DNA of 32,000 nt from Desulfocapsa sulfexigens DSM 10523 (GCF_000341395.1 NC_020304.1:2280001-2312000); one strand, 5' to 3'. Numbered from the stretch's first letter, positions 18,418 to 31,474 are shown. Notes: generated by a model from the sequence alone, not told the origin. Numbers and translations are program-made.

Positions 18418-18951
18418 ATGGCAATAAACTGGTACATATTGCAGGTCCATTCGGGCTTTGAAGATAAGGTTAAACTGACACTTGAGGATAGAATCAGGAA
18501 AGAAGGTCTCGAAGAGTTTTTCGGTGAGATCCTCGTTCCAACCGAGCAGGTTGTCGAAATGATAAAGGGAAAAAGAAAAACCTCTGAAAGGAAGTTTTTT
18601 CCCGGATATATGCTAGTGGCTATGGATCTCAATGATTCCACCTGGCATGTACTTCATGATAATATGCCTCGTGTTGTTGGCTTTGTTGGTGATGATGAAA
18701 ATCCGACGCCACTTCCAGAAGCAGATGCTCAGAAAATTATTGGTCGAATTCAGGATGGTGCAGAAGCACCTCGGCCAAAGGTTATTTTTGAGATTGGAGA
18801 AGCCGTTCGCGTTACTGACGGTCCTTTTGCGAACTTCCAGGGTGTTGTTGAGGAAGTTTTTCCTGAAAAAGGCCGTGTTAAAGTGATGGTCTCCATCTTT
18901 GGCAGGGATACTCCTGTTGAGCTTGAGTATATTCAGGTTTCAAATACCTGA
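18418..18951 (+). CDS. nusG: transcription termination/antitermination protein NusG
   Basis: 177 aa from the ATG at 18418 ([26 protein letters not shown]...); [65 protein letters not shown]. The track start at 18373 is a TTG extension. Confidence 0.96.
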   Translation: MAINWYILQVHSGFEDKVKLTLEDRIRKEGLEEFFGEILVPTEQVVEMIKGKRKTSERKFFPGYMLVAMDLNDSTWHVLHDNMPRVVGFVGDDENPTPLPEADAQKIIGRIQDGAEAPRPKVIFEIGEAVRVTDGPFANFQGVVEEVFPEKGRVKVMVSIFGRDTPVELEYIQVSNT

Positions 18952-19036
18952 ATATAAGTTCCAGAGCATTAATAATAAATGTTGTGCTCAGTATTTCATT
19001 AAACAAACAGACTCTTTTGTAGAGTAGGAGTTAGAA

Positions 19037-19462
19037 ATGGCCAAGAAAATTTCGGCATACATAAAATTACAGATTCCGGCCGGAAAAGCCAATCCATCAC
19101 CACCAGTAGGCCCAGCACTTGGTCAGCATGGTGTGAATATTATGGAATTTTGTAAAGCCTTCAATGCCAAAACACAGGCGATGGGTGATACGATTGTACC
19201 CGTAGTTATTACTGTTTTTGGTGATAGATCATTTACTTATATTACCAAGACACCACCAGCATCTTTTCTCCTTATGAAAGCTGCTGGAATAACAAAGGGT
19301 TCGTCAAATCCTAAGAGCGAACGTGTCACTGAAATAGGCATGGATAAAATAACTGAGATTTCTGAAATAAAAATGCCGGATCTGAATTGTTATGATCTTG
19401 AAGCTGCCACTAAAATTGTCGCTGGCACAGCAAGAAGTATGGGAATTACTGTCCTTAAATAA
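19037..19462 (+). CDS. rplK: 50S ribosomal protein L11 (uL11)
   Basis: 141 aa; [62 protein letters not shown]. Confidence 0.98.
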   Translation: MAKKISAYIKLQIPAGKANPSPPVGPALGQHGVNIMEFCKAFNAKTQAMGDTIVPVVITVFGDRSFTYITKTPPASFLLMKAAGITKGSSNPKSERVTEIGMDKITEISEIKMPDLNCYDLEAATKIVAGTARSMGITVLK

Positions 19463-19474
19463 TCGTAGGTGATC

Positions 19475-19518
19475 AAAAAGAGGGACACTTGAAAAATGTG
19501 TCTGTCTCTTTTTTTTTT
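19475..19518 (+). terminator. terminator-like hairpin between rplK and rplA
   Basis: AAAAAGAG g GACAC ttgaaaaat GTGTC tgt CTCTTTTTT with a long T-tract. Confidence 0.65.
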
Positions 19519-19588
19519 GTAATAAATCTTAACGTACTGCTGTGGTCGAACTTTGGAAGAAAACGATCTTAGAGGGTAGGAGGCTGCT

Positions 19589-20293
19589 ATGCCGAAACAC
19601 GGAAAAAATTATAGAAATAAAGTAGAAAATCTTGATTCTTCAACTCATTATACTCTTGAAGATGCGGTAAAGAATGTTCTTTCTAGTACCTTCGCTAAGT
19701 TTGATGAAACTGTAGATATTGCAATGAAGCTTGGTGTTGATCCTCGTCATGCAGATCAGATGGTACGTTCATCGGTTGTTCTTCCCCACGGAACAGGAAA
19801 AGAAACCAGAGTTCTGGTATTCGCCAAAGGTGACAAGGAAACTGAGGCAAGAGAAGCCGGCGCTGATTTTGTTGGTGGTGACGATCTGGTTGAAAAGATC
19901 AAGGAAGGTTGGCTTGAGTTTGATAAAACTGTTGCTACTCCAGATATGATGGGAACAGTAGGTAAGATTGGACGAGTTCTTGGACCTAGAAATCTTATGC
20001 CAAATGCAAAACTTGGAACCGTCACTTTTGATCTTGCCAAAGTTATTCAGGATATTAAAAGTGGTAAGGTTGATTTCCGCGTTGATAAAACTGGTATTGT
20101 TCATGCTGGTATTGGAAAATGTTCTTTTGGTGAGGAAAAACTGTGTGATAATCTGAAAACTTTTGTAGAAAAAGTTATTCAATTAAAACCATCTTCAGCA
20201 AAAGGAGTTTATTTACGCTCTGTAACCCTAAGTTCAACTATGGGACCAGGTATTAAACTTGATACCATCGCTTTAACTGCTGCAGTAAAGTAG
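19589..20293 (+). CDS. rplA: 50S ribosomal protein L1 (uL1)
   Basis: 234 aa; [13 protein letters not shown]..., [57 protein letters not shown]. Confidence 0.98.
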   Translation: MPKHGKNYRNKVENLDSSTHYTLEDAVKNVLSSTFAKFDETVDIAMKLGVDPRHADQMVRSSVVLPHGTGKETRVLVFAKGDKETEAREAGADFVGGDDLVEKIKEGWLEFDKTVATPDMMGTVGKIGRVLGPRNLMPNAKLGTVTFDLAKVIQDIKSGKVDFRVDKTGIVHAGIGKCSFGEEKLCDNLKTFVEKVIQLKPSSAKGVYLRSVTLSSTMGPGIKLDTIALTAAVK

Positions 20294-20435
20294 GATTGCG
20301 ATTTTATATAAGGGTATTTTGAGGATTTTTTTTTAAGAAGTCTAAAAAAGTACTCACCCCCTCCCAATGTGGCGGGAAATAAATACCGGAATGTTTTTTA
20401 TTTACCGGTATCAGAAGTAATTGTAGTACAAATAG

Positions 20436-20640
20436 GTCGAAGACAGCAGGTTCCGCGAGGTTTAATCACAGTATGTGTCCTGCCGAGGCATTGATAGATA
20501 TATTTTAGTTAGACATTTATATATCGTATCCGCTGTTTAGGGCCTTAGAATTGTTTTCGTTTGTATTTCCGATGACAATTTCGTAGAGGCACTACTCTTG
20601 ATGACTTTTGTCTCCAAGCGTAGACTCTAAAACATTTTAT
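20436..20640 (+). promoter_or_regulatory. ribosomal protein L10 leader-type element upstream of rplJ
   Basis: ggtcgaagacagcaggttccgcgaggtttaatca...gtcctgccgagg resembles the conserved L10(L12)-binding leader core, with GCAGG/CCTGC pairing. It sits in a 401-bp rplA-rplJ gap. 3' boundary approximate. Confidence 0.75.
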
Positions 20641-20694
20641 TCTTATTTCCGAATAAAGTAAAAGAGTAATCTTAACCGATTAAGGAGGAGTACT

Positions 20695-21216
20695 TTGAAC
20701 CGTGACGATAAAACAGCAATAGTCTCCGCGTTGAATGATTCATTCAGCCGTGCCAAGTTTACTGTGGTTACCGATTATTGTGGTTTAACGGTTTCTGAGT
20801 TACAGGAGCTTCGCATTCAATTGCGTGGCTGCGATTCAGAGATTCGAATTGCAAAGAATACTCTTCTGAAAAGGGCAGCAGCGGATACAGCCTGTGACGT
20901 TCTCAGCGAGGATTTCACAGGAACCACAGCCATAGTTATGGGCTATGATGATCCGGTTGCACCAGCAAAGGCAATAGTTAAATTTGTAAAAGATCATAGT
21001 AAAATGCAAATTCGTGCCGCTGCTCTTGATGGAGAGAAAATTTCTGCAGATGATATGGTCGCTCTGTCCAAACTTCCTTCCAAGGAAGCAATGCTTGGAC
21101 AGTTTCTTTCAGTTCTTAATGGCGTTCCAACTGGACTTGTTCAGGTACTTTCAGCAGTTCCACGAACATTTCTGTACGGTCTGCAGGCAATTAAAGAACA
21201 GAAAGAACAGGCATAA
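20695..21216 (+). CDS. rplJ: 50S ribosomal protein L10 (uL10)
   Basis: 173 aa; TTG start 6 nt downstream of an AAGGAGGAG Shine-Dalgarno; FSRAKFTVVTDYCGLTVSELQELRIQLR, RIAKNTLLKRAA. Confidence 0.96.
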   Translation: MNRDDKTAIVSALNDSFSRAKFTVVTDYCGLTVSELQELRIQLRGCDSEIRIAKNTLLKRAAADTACDVLSEDFTGTTAIVMGYDDPVAPAKAIVKFVKDHSKMQIRAAALDGEKISADDMVALSKLPSKEAMLGQFLSVLNGVPTGLVQVLSAVPRTFLYGLQAIKEQKEQA

Positions 21217-21292
21217 TCCTGTTGATATCAGAGAATGGTTACCGGTAACGTAAATCATTACTTAAAAAGATTAAAATTAGAGGTATTTAATA

Positions 21293-21673
21293 ATGGCTGT
21301 AACAAAAGAAGATGTAATTGATTTTTTATCTAATATGTCCGTTCTTGAGCTTTCCGTGCTCATAAAGGATCTCGAAGAAAAATTTGGCGTTTCTGCAGCC
21401 GCTCCTGCTGCAGTAGCTGCCGCTGGCCCTGCCGCAGAAGCCGGTGAAGCTGCTGCAGAACAGACTGAATTTGATGTAATCCTTGCCTCCGTTGGTGATG
21501 CAAAAATTAAGGTCATCAAAGAAGTGCGTGCTATTACCTCTCTTGGTCTGAAAGAAGCCAAGGAGCTTGTTGAAGGTGCTCCTGCTCCTGTAAAAGAAGG
21601 TGTTACCAAAGAAGAGGCAGCAGACATTAAAGCACAACTTGAAGGAGTTGGTGCTACCATAGAAGTTAAGTAA
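21293..21673 (+). CDS. rplL: 50S ribosomal protein L7/L12 (bL12)
   Basis: 126 aa; [24 protein letters not shown]..., Ala-rich hinge, [39 protein letters not shown]. Confidence 0.98.
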   Translation: MAVTKEDVIDFLSNMSVLELSVLIKDLEEKFGVSAAAPAAVAAAGPAAEAGEAAAEQTEFDVILASVGDAKIKVIKEVRAITSLGLKEAKELVEGAPAPVKEGVTKEEAADIKAQLEGVGATIEVK

Positions 21674-21722
21674 TACACGCTTCATATGGTTGTCGGTTAC
21701 TTTATCGACTTATCTTGTTGTA

Positions 21723-21767
21723 TACGATACGCTACGGGCTCAGGCCGTGTAGCGTATCGTAGTTTTT
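21723..21767 (+). terminator. strong hairpin (attenuator or terminator-like) between rplL and rpoB
   Basis: Perfect 13-bp inverted repeat TACGATACGCTAC (21723-21735) / GTAGCGTATCGTA (21749-21761), followed by GTTTTTAT. Confidence 0.75.
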
Positions 21768-22087
21768 ATGAAGCAGTATAGTGATGGGTTTAAAACGTCG
21801 TAATATCAAGCTGATAATATTCTGGTCAAGGGCTTATTACTAGAACCAGATTCTACATACACGTGTATTGCTATGAAAATAAACGCTAAAAAAGACTGTT
21901 TTGTTCGAACAAACATCTGTACTGTTTATCATTCTAGTATCTGGTTAATCCCTCCGTACCCGCAGTATCATACCTTTTAAATTTCCTGACTTAACAGGTG
22001 AACCTGTAAAGTCGTTTGATCCAATATTCATGACCACATGTCTGTTTTGGGTATCAATTTTCTGTTAAAGGCATCTCGAGGTAAATT

Positions 22088-25000
22088 ATGGAAAGAGTAA
22101 GAAAAAACTTTGCCAAATCTCCATCAATCATGGAACCTCCGCATCTCATCTCCATGCAGCGGATTTCATATGAAAAATTTTTACAGATTGATGTGGAGCC
22201 AAACGAACGAGAGGATTCTGGTTTGCAGGCTATTTTTAAAAATGTCTTTCCTATCAATGATTTTAACGGACATTGTTCTCTTGAATTTGTGAATTATTCG
22301 TTTGGTGAACCAAAGTATACAATTAACGAATGTCAGCAACGAGGTATGACTTATGATATCCCTGTGAAAATCACAGTACGCTTGATTACTTTTGACGTTG
22401 ATGAAGAAACGGAAGTGCAGACCATTCGGGATATCAAAGAGCAGCAGGTTTTTCTTGGTGCCCTGCCACTTATGACAGGTGATGGTGTTTTTGTGATCAA
22501 CGGTACTGAACGTGCCATAGTGTCACAGTTACAGAGATCACCAGGACTCTTTTTTACCCATGACAATGGAAAAAAACACTCCAGTGGTAAGTTACTGTAT
22601 TCTGCTCGCATTATTCCAGTACGTGGTTCCTGGATTGATCTGGAATATGACATCAAAGATATTCTCCATGTGCGTATTGACCGGCGTCGTAAATTTCCTG
22701 TAACAACTCTTTTAAAGGCGTTGGATTATGAGAATGAAGTTGGAGAGGAACCACAGTACAGTTCCGAAAAGCTACTTCGTAAGTTTTATCCGACCTTAAA
22801 GGTAAAAAGGGAAAAAGACTCATACTATATCGAATTCAACCCTGAAACCGTCCAGGGGCAAAGGCTCGAGTTTGACCTTGTAGATCCCCAAACTGGCGAC
22901 ATTTTAGGAAAAGAAGGCAAAAAACTCGGTAAAGCATTATGCAAACGCCTGGTTAAAGCCAATGTCGAATTTTTACGAATTTCTGAAGAAAATCTCATCG
23001 GAAAATTTCTCGTTACCGACTTTGTGAAACCTGAAACCGGTGAACTTCTTGCTGCCTGTAATTCGGAAATTACTGAATCTACGCTTGAACTATTTGCTGA
23101 AGCAGGAATCGATGAGTTTGAAATTCTTTATATAGACGGAATTACCTATTCATATGCTTTCAGGAAGACTCTTGCACTCGACAAAGTTGAAAATAGTGAC
23201 GAAGCTATACTCGAGATATACAGAAGACTTCGTCCTTCAAGTCCTCCAACAATTGAAGTTGCTCAGACTTTTTTCAACAATCTTTTTTTCAACAAAGATC
23301 TTTATGATCTATCTGAAGTCGGACGGTATAAAATAAATGCCCGCCTTGGTCTTGATACGGATATTGATCATCGAGCACTTACCAAGGAAGACATCATTGA
23401 ATCTGTTCTCTTCCTTGTCCGACTGAAAGACAGTCAGGGCGATGTTGATGACATTGATCATCTTGGAAATCGTAGGGTCCGAACGGTTGGTGAACTTGTA
23501 GAGAACCAATATCGAATGGGCCTTATCCGAATGGAACGTGCCATCAAGGAACGTATGACTCTACAGGAAATAGAGACCATGATGCCCCATGATCTCGTCA
23601 ATCCTAAGCCTATTTCTGCAGCAATTAAGGAATTTTTTGGTACATCACAGTTGTCACAGTTTATGGACCAGACGAACCCCTTATCCGAGGTGACCCATAA
23701 GCGACGTTTATCTGCATTAGGACCCGGAGGTCTGTCACGTGAACGTGCAGGATTTGAAGTGCGTGACGTTCATCCAACCCATTATGGTCGTATTTGCCCT
23801 GTTGAAACACCGGAGGGACCAAACATCGGTCTGATTGTTTCACTTGCTACCTACGCTCGGGTGAATCCATATGGATTTATTGAGACTCCATACAGAAAAG
23901 TTGAAAACTGTATAGTACTTGATGATATTAAATATTTAAGTGCGTTGCAGGAACAGAAACAGCTAATCGCTCCTGCAGCGATACAACTCGATAAAAACAA
24001 TAAAATTATCGAGGAACGGTTGATTGTTCGTGAAGAAGGTGAAGTTATTACAGTCAACGCTGACTTTGTTACCTATATGGATATTGCACCCAATCAGTTA
24101 GTCAGTGTTGCCGCATCACTCATTCCATTTCTTGAGAATGATGATGCTAACCGTGCACTTATGGGGTCGAACATGCAACGCCAGGCAGTACCGCTTATGG
24201 TAACTGCTGCACCTCTTGTTGGAACTGGCATGGAACGTTATGTTGCCAGAGATTCCGGGGCTTGTCTGCTTGCGGGTGCTGAGGGTGTGGTTGAAGAAAT
24301 TGACTCTAATCGAATTGTTATCCGTTACGATAAGCATGGAATTGACGGTTTTGATACCGGAGTAGGTGTCTATCGTCTTTCTAAATACAAAAAATCGAAT
24401 CAAAATACTTGTTTTACTCAGAATCCGTTGGTGCTTCCAGGGCGTCGAGTTAAAAAAGGAACAGTTCTCGCCGATGGACCATCATGTGAACAGGGTGAGC
24501 TTGCACTTGGAAAAAATGTAACCATTGCCTTTATGCCATGGCGTGGATTTAATTTTGAGGATTCCATACTTGTCAATGAACGGCTCCTGAAAGAAGACAC
24601 CTTTACTTCTGTGCACATCGAAGTTTTCGAGACAATGGCACGGGATACCAAGTTGGGTAAAGAAGAGATCACCCGTGATATTCCCAACGTTAGTGAGGAA
24701 ACACTTCGTAATCTTGACGATTCCGGCATTGTCCGCATTGGTGCTGATGTCAGGGCAGGAGATACTCTGGTTGGAAAGGTTACCCCGAAGGGTGAATCGA
24801 TGCTCTCTCCTGAGGAAAAGCTTTTGCGGGCCATATTTGGTGAAAAGGCTCAGGATGTGAAAGATTCATCTCTCCGTGTACCACCTGGAGTTGAGGGCGT
24901 CGTAATTGATGCAAAAGTATTTTCGAGAAAAGGCGTTGATAAAGATGAGCGATCCCTTATGATCGAAGATCTAGAGATAGAACGCCTCAATAAAGATAAA

Positions 25001-26194
25001 CTTGATGAACTTGCCAGTTTGAAAAAAGGTGTATGCCGTGAGCTTGGCGAAATCATGGATGGACGAACCGTTAAACAGGATGTCTGTGCTAAAGATGGTA
25101 CCGTAATAATTAAACTTGGAAAGAAAATGGAAGCTGCACTGGCGACGCAGATCGGGTTTGCCCAGCTTGCAAAAATTGATTTTTCTGAAAAGTCAAAATT
25201 TGAGGCTGAAATTGAGGCGGCTTACGAGCGATATAATAAACAAAAATCATTAATCGCTGAACGCTATGACGGTATCATTGGACGTATGAAAAAGGGAGAT
25301 GATCTGCCTCCTGGTGTTGTCAAGATGGTTAAGGTCTATGTCGCCACCAAACGGAAGCTTTCAGTTGGTGATAAAATGGCCGGACGTCATGGAAATAAAG
25401 GTGTCGTATCAAGACTTCTTCCAGAAGAAGATATGCCTTTCTTTGCAGATGGAACCACCGTTGATATCGTTTTGAATCCACTGGGTGTGCCGTCTCGTAT
25501 GAATGTTGGGCAGGTACTGGAAGTTCATTTAGGTTTTGCTGCTAAAAGGATCGGTAAACAGCTTTCCGATCTCGCTCAAGCTGAAGAACTCGACGCTATC
25601 AAAACCAAGATGAAGGCCGTTTATTCTAAAGAAGAATATAAGGCAATCACTGATGGTATGACCGATGCTGAGCTCTTTGACTGGTGTCGTAAACATTATC
25701 GTGGTATCCACGTTGCTACTCCGGTCTTTGATGGTGCTCCTGAAGAACAGATTCGAAAACTGCTTGTTGAAGCAGGTGTGGATGAAGTTGGACAGAGTCA
25801 ACTGTACGATGGGCTTACCGGTGATCCATTTGACAATCTGGTGACAGTTGGTGTCATGTATATGCTGAAACTGCATCATCTTGTTGACAATAAAATTCAT
25901 GCTCGTTCCACCGGACCTTACTCTCTTGTTACCCAGCAACCTTTGGGTGGTAAGGCACAGTTTGGTGGGCAGCGACTTGGTGAGATGGAGGTATGGGCAA
26001 TGGAGGCATACGGTGCCGCCTATACCTTGAAAGAATTTTTAACGGCCAAGTCTGATGATGTTGAAGGACGTACAACCATGTACGAACGTATTGTCAAGGG
26101 TAACAATTTCCTTACAACAGGCCTTCCTGAATCTTTCCATGTGCTTGTGAAAGAACTTCAGGGACTCTGTTTAGATATGGAACTTCTTGAATAA
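22088..26194 (+). CDS. rpoB: DNA-directed RNA polymerase subunit beta
   Basis: 1368 aa; [110 protein letters not shown]. Confidence 0.99.
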   Translation: MERVRKNFAKSPSIMEPPHLISMQRISYEKFLQIDVEPNEREDSGLQAIFKNVFPINDFNGHCSLEFVNYSFGEPKYTINECQQRGMTYDIPVKITVRLITFDVDEETEVQTIRDIKEQQVFLGALPLMTGDGVFVINGTERAIVSQLQRSPGLFFTHDNGKKHSSGKLLYSARIIPVRGSWIDLEYDIKDILHVRIDRRRKFPVTTLLKALDYENEVGEEPQYSSEKLLRKFYPTLKVKREKDSYYIEFNPETVQGQRLEFDLVDPQTGDILGKEGKKLGKALCKRLVKANVEFLRISEENLIGKFLVTDFVKPETGELLAACNSEITESTLELFAEAGIDEFEILYIDGITYSYAFRKTLALDKVENSDEAILEIYRRLRPSSPPTIEVAQTFFNNLFFNKDLYDLSEVGRYKINARLGLDTDIDHRALTKEDIIESVLFLVRLKDSQGDVDDIDHLGNRRVRTVGELVENQYRMGLIRMERAIKERMTLQEIETMMPHDLVNPKPISAAIKEFFGTSQLSQFMDQTNPLSEVTHKRRLSALGPGGLSRERAGFEVRDVHPTHYGRICPVETPEGPNIGLIVSLATYARVNPYGFIETPYRKVENCIVLDDIKYLSALQEQKQLIAPAAIQLDKNNKIIEERLIVREEGEVITVNADFVTYMDIAPNQLVSVAASLIPFLENDDANRALMGSNMQRQAVPLMVTAAPLVGTGMERYVARDSGACLLAGAEGVVEEIDSNRIVIRYDKHGIDGFDTGVGVYRLSKYKKSNQNTCFTQNPLVLPGRRVKKGTVLADGPSCEQGELALGKNVTIAFMPWRGFNFEDSILVNERLLKEDTFTSVHIEVFETMARDTKLGKEEITRDIPNVSEETLRNLDDSGIVRIGADVRAGDTLVGKVTPKGESMLSPEEKLLRAIFGEKAQDVKDSSLRVPPGVEGVVIDAKVFSRKGVDKDERSLMIEDLEIERLNKDKLDELASLKKGVCRELGEIMDGRTVKQDVCAKDGTVIIKLGKKMEAALATQIGFAQLAKIDFSEKSKFEAEIEAAYERYNKQKSLIAERYDGIIGRMKKGDDLPPGVVKMVKVYVATKRKLSVGDKMAGRHGNKGVVSRLLPEEDMPFFADGTTVDIVLNPLGVPSRMNVGQVLEVHLGFAAKRIGKQLSDLAQAEELDAIKTKMKAVYSKEEYKAITDGMTDAELFDWCRKHYRGIHVATPVFDGAPEEQIRKLLVEAGVDEVGQSQLYDGLTGDPFDNLVTVGVMYMLKLHHLVDNKIHARSTGPYSLVTQQPLGGKAQFGGQRLGEMEVWAMEAYGAAYTLKEFLTAKSDDVEGRTTMYERIVKGNNFLTTGLPESFHVLVKELQGLCLDMELLE

Positions 26195-26300
26195 TAGGAA
26201 ATCTGTTGTGTGTTGTACGTTGTGTCACCAGGTGTCGCGGCAAATTGTGGTTTCTCTATTTTCTCGTTTTTTAACCCTACAATGAGGGGGATGTACTTTC

Positions 26301-29300
26301 GTGGAAGAGCTATTTAATTTTTTTCAAAAACCGAAAGGTCCAGTATCGTTTAATAAAGTTCAGATATCTATCGCTTCACCTGAAAAGATCATGGACTGGT
26401 CACATGGTGAGGTAAAGAAACCTGAAACTATTAATTACCGAACATTCAAGCCGGAAAGAGACGGCCTTTTCTGCGCTAAAATATTTGGCCCAGTAAAGGA
26501 TTTCGAGTGTAACTGCGGTAAATATAAGCGGATGAAGCACCGTGGTGTTGTTTGCGAAAAATGTGGAGTTGAGGTCATCCAGTCAAAGGTTCGCCGAGAA
26601 CGTCTTGGTCATATCAAACTGGCCGCTCCCGTCGCCCACATCTGGTTTTTGAAAAGTCTGCCGTCAAAAATTGGTGCAGTCCTGGATCTCACTCTGAAAC
26701 AGTTGGAAAAAGTACTCTACTTTGAGCAGTATGCCGTAATTCATTCTGATACCGATGCGGTACCAACTGGCACACTACTCACAGAAGAACAGTATCGACA
26801 GATGCGTGAAGAGCATCCTGGGCAGTTCGAGGTAGGTATCGGTGCTGAGGCTATCCATGAGTTACTTGCAGCACAGGATTTAGTTGAACTTTCCAAGACA
26901 CTTCGTGAGGAGATGGCAACCACCAATTCCAAGACGAAACGTCTTAAATATGGAAAACGTCTCTATGTTATAGAAGCTTTTCGTGATTCCGGAAATCGGC
27001 CTGAGTGGATGGTGCTAAAGGTTATTCCGGTGCTTCCTCCTGATCTTCGTCCGCTGGTTCCCCTTGAGGGAGGTCGTTTCGCAACATCTGATCTTAATGA
27101 TTTGTATCGTCGTGTTATCAACCGTAACAATCGTTTGAAACGTCTCCTTGAACTCGATGCTCCTGATATTATTATTCGTAATGAAAAAAGAATGCTTCAG
27201 GAAGCTGTGGATGTCCTGTTTGATAATGGACGTCGTGGTCGTGTCATAACCGGTGCCAATAAGCGCCCCCTGAAATCTCTTTCTGATATGCTAAAAGGAA
27301 AGCAGGGACGTTTTCGTCAGAATCTTCTCGGTAAGCGTGTCGACTATTCCGGTCGTTCAGTTATTGTTGTGGGACCACATCTTCGTCTTCATCAGTGTGG
27401 TATTCCAAAGAAGATGGCACTTGAGCTTTTTAAACCTTTTATCTACAACAAACTTGAAAATCAGGGGCTTGTTACCACCATTAAGAGTGCCCGCAAGATG
27501 GTAGAAAAGGGTGCTAAAGAGGTATGGGATGTTCTCGATGAGGTGGTGACAGAACGCTCAGTCATCTTAAATCGCGCTCCAACACTTCATAGACTGGGAA
27601 TGCAGGCTTTTGAGGCAGTGCTGATTGAGGGGAAGGCTATTCAGCTCCATCCCCTTGTGTGTGCAGCATTTAATGCAGATTTCGATGGTGACCAGATGGC
27701 AGTTCATGTGCCACTTTCCGTTGAAGCTCAGGTTGAGGCCCGGGTTCTGATGATGTCCACTAATAACATCCTCTCACCCGCTAATGGTGAGCCTATCATT
27801 ATCCCATCACAGGATATTGTACTTGGGCTTTATTACATGACTCGTGAGCGTATTAACGCCAAGGGTGAAGGAAAGATTTTTTCAAGTCCTGCTGAAGCCA
27901 AAATTGCCTACGATTATGACGCTGTACATCTTCAAGCAATAATTAAGGTACGACTCGATGGGGTTTTGGTTGAAACGACTATGGGAAGAATTCTCCTCGG
28001 GTATCTTCTTCCGGATGCAGTTCCATTCAGTGAAGTAAATAAGGTGATGAGTAAAAAGGCCTTGGCTCGGCTCATTGATTTCACTTATAGACACGCAGGA
28101 ACCAAGGATACTGTAATTCTAGCCGATCGTCTGAAAGATATTGGTTATGAGTATGCTACGCGTGCCGGAATTTCCATCTGTATCGCTGATATGCAAATTC
28201 CAGAGAGCAAAAAAACCCTTGTCGAAAAAGCTGAAAAAGGAGTTATTGATGTAAGTCAGCAATATTCTGATGGTCTTATCACATCCGGTGAGAAGTATAA
28301 TAAGGTTGTTGATATCTGGTCCAAGGTGACGGAGGATGTTGCCAATGAAATGATGGATGGAATCAAGGTAGATACATTTAAAGATAAAGATAATAACGAT
28401 GTCGTTGCTCCGAGTTTTAACTCCATCTATCTCATGGCAGATTCCGGTGCCAGGGGCTCGCGTGATCAGATTCGTCAGCTGGCCGGAATGCGTGGTTTGA
28501 TGGCTAAACCATCTGGAGCAATTATAGAGACACCCATTAAGGCATGTTTTCGTGAAGGACTTGGTGTACTTGAATACTTTATTTCAACACATGGAGCTCG
28601 TAAGGGACTTGCTGATACTGCACTTAAGACAGCCAACTCTGGGTATCTTACCCGTCGTTTGGTTGATGTTGCCCAAGATTCAACCATTGTTATGGCTGAT
28701 TGTGAAACACTTGATGGGATTGTTGCAGAACCACTTCTTGATGGTGGTGAGATCATCGTCCCTCTTGGTGATCGAATCTTGGGACGTGTAGCTCAGGAAG
28801 ATGTCGTCGATCCATTTGACGAAGAGAAAATCATCGTTGAGGCAGGTAAGGAAATCACGGAGTCTCTCGTTAAAGAGATCGATAAAGCTGGTATAGATAA
28901 AGTTAGAATTCGCTCTGTTTTAACCTGCCGAGCCCGTCGTGGCGTATGCGCCCAATGCTATGGTCGAGACCTCGGTCGTGGACATATGGTAAACCGTGGT
29001 GAGGCTGTTGGTATTATCGCTGCTCAATCTATTGGTGAACCTGGAACCCAGTTGACTATGCGTACTTTCCATATTGGTGGTACTGCAAGTCGTTCGGTTG
29101 AGCAGGCTGAAATTAAGAGTCAGCGTACTGGTAAAATAGCATTTAATAACCTTCACTCCGTTGAGAACTCAGAGGGTATTAAAATTGTTATGAATCGAAA
29201 CGCTGAGATCGCAGTACTTGATGAGCAGGGTCGTGAACGTGAACGCCATAAGGTCAATTATGGTGCTCAGATCCTCGTCAAAGAAGGGGCTGAAGTTGAG

Positions 29301-30356
29301 CCTGCAACTATTCTTGCAGAGTGGGACGCCTATACCATTCCTATTGTTTCAGAGGTTGGCGGTATTATAAAATTTGGCGATATTATAGAAGGCTCGACCA
29401 TGCAGGAGAAGGTTGATAGCGTTACTGGTAAGTCGAGTAAAGTTATTGTCCCAACTCCATCTGGTCTCGCTCTTTCTCCACGTATTTCGATTAAGGGAGA
29501 AAAAGGTAATAAAACCATAAAATTACCAGATTCAGAGTCCTTTGCCAGGTACTCTTTGCCGGTTGGGTCGATTATTTCACTTGAAGAGGGGGATAATATT
29601 ACAGCAGGTACTGTTATTGGAAGGATCCCACGTGAAAGTAGTAAAACAAAAGATATCACTGGTGGTCTTCCTCGTGTTGCTGAGCTTTTTGAAGTGCGTA
29701 AACCGAAAGAACCTGCAATTATCACTGAGATTGATGGTCGCATCAGTTTTGGTAAAGAACTCAAAGGGAAACTTCGCGTTGTGGTTACTCCAGAATATGG
29801 AGAACCTCAGGAGTATCTTGTTCCCAAGGTTAAGCATATTATCGTCCATGAGGGGGATTATGTTCAAGCTGGTGAACCTTTGATGGAAGGGACCATTGTA
29901 CCAAACGATATCCTCAAAGTTCTTGGTGTAAAAGAACTTGCTAAGTTTCTAGTGAATGAGGTACAGGAGGTGTATCGTCTCCAGGGTGTAAAGATTAATG
30001 ACAAGCATATAGAAGTCATTGTTCGTCAGATGCTTAGAAGGGTACAGATAACCCATGCTGGTGATTCAAAGTTTATGATTGGTGAACAGGTCGTCTGGTG
30101 GGATTTTGAAGATGAGCGTGATCGCCTTTTTGCTGAAGGGAAACAACCAGGTATGGCAGAACCACTTCTTCTAGGTGTTACCAAGGCTTCATTGTCCACT
30201 GAAAGTTTTATTTCTGCTGCATCTTTTCAGGAGACCACAAAGGTTCTCACCAATGCCGCAATGCAGGGTAAAATAGATGAGTTGGTTGGCCTTAAGGAAA
30301 ATGTAATCATGGGTCGGTTGATTTCTGCTGGTACGGGGCTTGGTAAAAGCTTTTAA
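26301..30356 (+). CDS. rpoC: DNA-directed RNA polymerase subunit beta'
   Basis: 1351 aa from GTG; [77 protein letters not shown]. Confidence 0.99.
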   Translation: MEELFNFFQKPKGPVSFNKVQISIASPEKIMDWSHGEVKKPETINYRTFKPERDGLFCAKIFGPVKDFECNCGKYKRMKHRGVVCEKCGVEVIQSKVRRERLGHIKLAAPVAHIWFLKSLPSKIGAVLDLTLKQLEKVLYFEQYAVIHSDTDAVPTGTLLTEEQYRQMREEHPGQFEVGIGAEAIHELLAAQDLVELSKTLREEMATTNSKTKRLKYGKRLYVIEAFRDSGNRPEWMVLKVIPVLPPDLRPLVPLEGGRFATSDLNDLYRRVINRNNRLKRLLELDAPDIIIRNEKRMLQEAVDVLFDNGRRGRVITGANKRPLKSLSDMLKGKQGRFRQNLLGKRVDYSGRSVIVVGPHLRLHQCGIPKKMALELFKPFIYNKLENQGLVTTIKSARKMVEKGAKEVWDVLDEVVTERSVILNRAPTLHRLGMQAFEAVLIEGKAIQLHPLVCAAFNADFDGDQMAVHVPLSVEAQVEARVLMMSTNNILSPANGEPIIIPSQDIVLGLYYMTRERINAKGEGKIFSSPAEAKIAYDYDAVHLQAIIKVRLDGVLVETTMGRILLGYLLPDAVPFSEVNKVMSKKALARLIDFTYRHAGTKDTVILADRLKDIGYEYATRAGISICIADMQIPESKKTLVEKAEKGVIDVSQQYSDGLITSGEKYNKVVDIWSKVTEDVANEMMDGIKVDTFKDKDNNDVVAPSFNSIYLMADSGARGSRDQIRQLAGMRGLMAKPSGAIIETPIKACFREGLGVLEYFISTHGARKGLADTALKTANSGYLTRRLVDVAQDSTIVMADCETLDGIVAEPLLDGGEIIVPLGDRILGRVAQEDVVDPFDEEKIIVEAGKEITESLVKEIDKAGIDKVRIRSVLTCRARRGVCAQCYGRDLGRGHMVNRGEAVGIIAAQSIGEPGTQLTMRTFHIGGTASRSVEQAEIKSQRTGKIAFNNLHSVENSEGIKIVMNRNAEIAVLDEQGRERERHKVNYGAQILVKEGAEVEPATILAEWDAYTIPIVSEVGGIIKFGDIIEGSTMQEKVDSVTGKSSKVIVPTPSGLALSPRISIKGEKGNKTIKLPDSESFARYSLPVGSIISLEEGDNITAGTVIGRIPRESSKTKDITGGLPRVAELFEVRKPKEPAIITEIDGRISFGKELKGKLRVVVTPEYGEPQEYLVPKVKHIIVHEGDYVQAGEPLMEGTIVPNDILKVLGVKELAKFLVNEVQEVYRLQGVKINDKHIEVIVRQMLRRVQITHAGDSKFMIGEQVVWWDFEDERDRLFAEGKQPGMAEPLLLGVTKASLSTESFISAASFQETTKVLTNAAMQGKIDELVGLKENVIMGRLISAGTGLGKSF

Positions 30357-30435
30357 TTAAAGAGAGGGGAGTGATCAATGCCTGATTGGCCCCCTCTTCG
30401 AAGGATGTATTTGATAAAAATAAATCTCTTTCTGC

Positions 30436-30464
30436 TTGACACTGTTTGACGGATAGAGTATTTA
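30436..30464 (+). promoter_or_regulatory. candidate sigma70-type promoter for the rpsL-rpsG-fusA (str) operon
   Basis: TTGACA (30436-30441), 17-nt spacer, TATTTA (30459-30464), in the 201-bp rpoC-rpsL gap. Confidence 0.5.
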
Positions 30465-30557
30465 TTGTCCCTTTCGTGCTCGGCAAACTTACTAGTAGCC
30501 TTGTGTGATGAATAATTAACGACATTCCAATATATGTGAACAGGAGCAGTAAAGATA

Positions 30558-30929
30558 ATGCCAACAATTAATCAGCTCATTCGGCAGGGCAGAAAAAAAC
30601 AGGTAAAAAAGAGCCTTACTCCGGCACTAAAAGGTGCGCCTCAAAAACGTGGAGTGTGTGTGCGTGTATATACTACAACTCCAAAGAAGCCCAACTCGGC
30701 TCTACGTAAAGTGGCAAGGGTTCGGTTGACAAACGGAATTGAGGTCACTTCTTATATTCCTGGTATTGGCCATAATCTACAGGAGCATTCTGTTGTTCTG
30801 ATTCGTGGGGGCCGTGTGAAGGATCTTCCTGGTGTTCGTTATCATGTTATTCGTGGTACTCTCGATACTCTGGGTGTCTCTGACAGACGCAAGGGTCGTT
30901 CCAAATATGGCGCGAAGCGTCCGAAATAA
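30558..30929 (+). CDS. rpsL: 30S ribosomal protein S12 (uS12)
   Basis: 123 aa; [73 protein letters not shown]. Confidence 0.99.
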   Translation: MPTINQLIRQGRKKQVKKSLTPALKGAPQKRGVCVRVYTTTPKKPNSALRKVARVRLTNGIEVTSYIPGIGHNLQEHSVVLIRGGRVKDLPGVRYHVIRGTLDTLGVSDRRKGRSKYGAKRPK

Positions 30930-30959
30930 GCTGAACCTGGATAGTGATAGAGGAAAACA

Positions 30960-31433
30960 ATGCCACGTAGAAAAATAGTAGAAAAAAGAAAAGTCAGTCC
31001 TGATCCACGTTTTAATTCCGTTTTGGTTTCAAAATTCACCAACGGTATAATGGAGCAGGGAAAAAAATCCATTGCCATGCGAATATTCTATGATGCGATG
31101 GATATAGTAGAATCTAAAGTACCTGATGAAGATCCTCTTACCATATTTGAAGAGGCAATGGATAAGGTGCGGCCAAAGGTTGAGGTGAAGTCTCGACGCG
31201 TTGGTGGTGCGACCTATCAGGTTCCGATGGAAGTTCGTCAGGTTCGCCGTAATGCGCTGGCTATTCGCTGGATCATTGGTTTCGCAAAGGCAAGATCAGG
31301 AAAGTCTATGTCTGATAAGCTTGCAGCTGAATTGCTTGATGCCTATAATGATCGAGGCGCTGCGGTGAAGAAACGTGACGATACTCATCGTATGGCCGAG
31401 GCTAACAAAGCTTTTGCTCACTATCGCTGGTAG
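30960..31433 (+). CDS. rpsG: 30S ribosomal protein S7 (uS7)
   Basis: 157 aa; [61 protein letters not shown]. Confidence 0.99.
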   Translation: MPRRKIVEKRKVSPDPRFNSVLVSKFTNGIMEQGKKSIAMRIFYDAMDIVESKVPDEDPLTIFEEAMDKVRPKVEVKSRRVGGATYQVPMEVRQVRRNALAIRWIIGFAKARSGKSMSDKLAAELLDAYNDRGAAVKKRDDTHRMAEANKAFAHYRW

Positions 31434-31474
31434 GTAGTGCGTTACAATTTTAATCTGTTTTGTTGTGTTAGCTG

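Noticed and set aside
26291-26317. Upstream ATG at 26291 as alternative rpoC start
   Set aside because: It is out of frame with rpoC and hits TAA after 8 codons; the GTG at 26301 gives the conserved MEELFNFF N-terminus.
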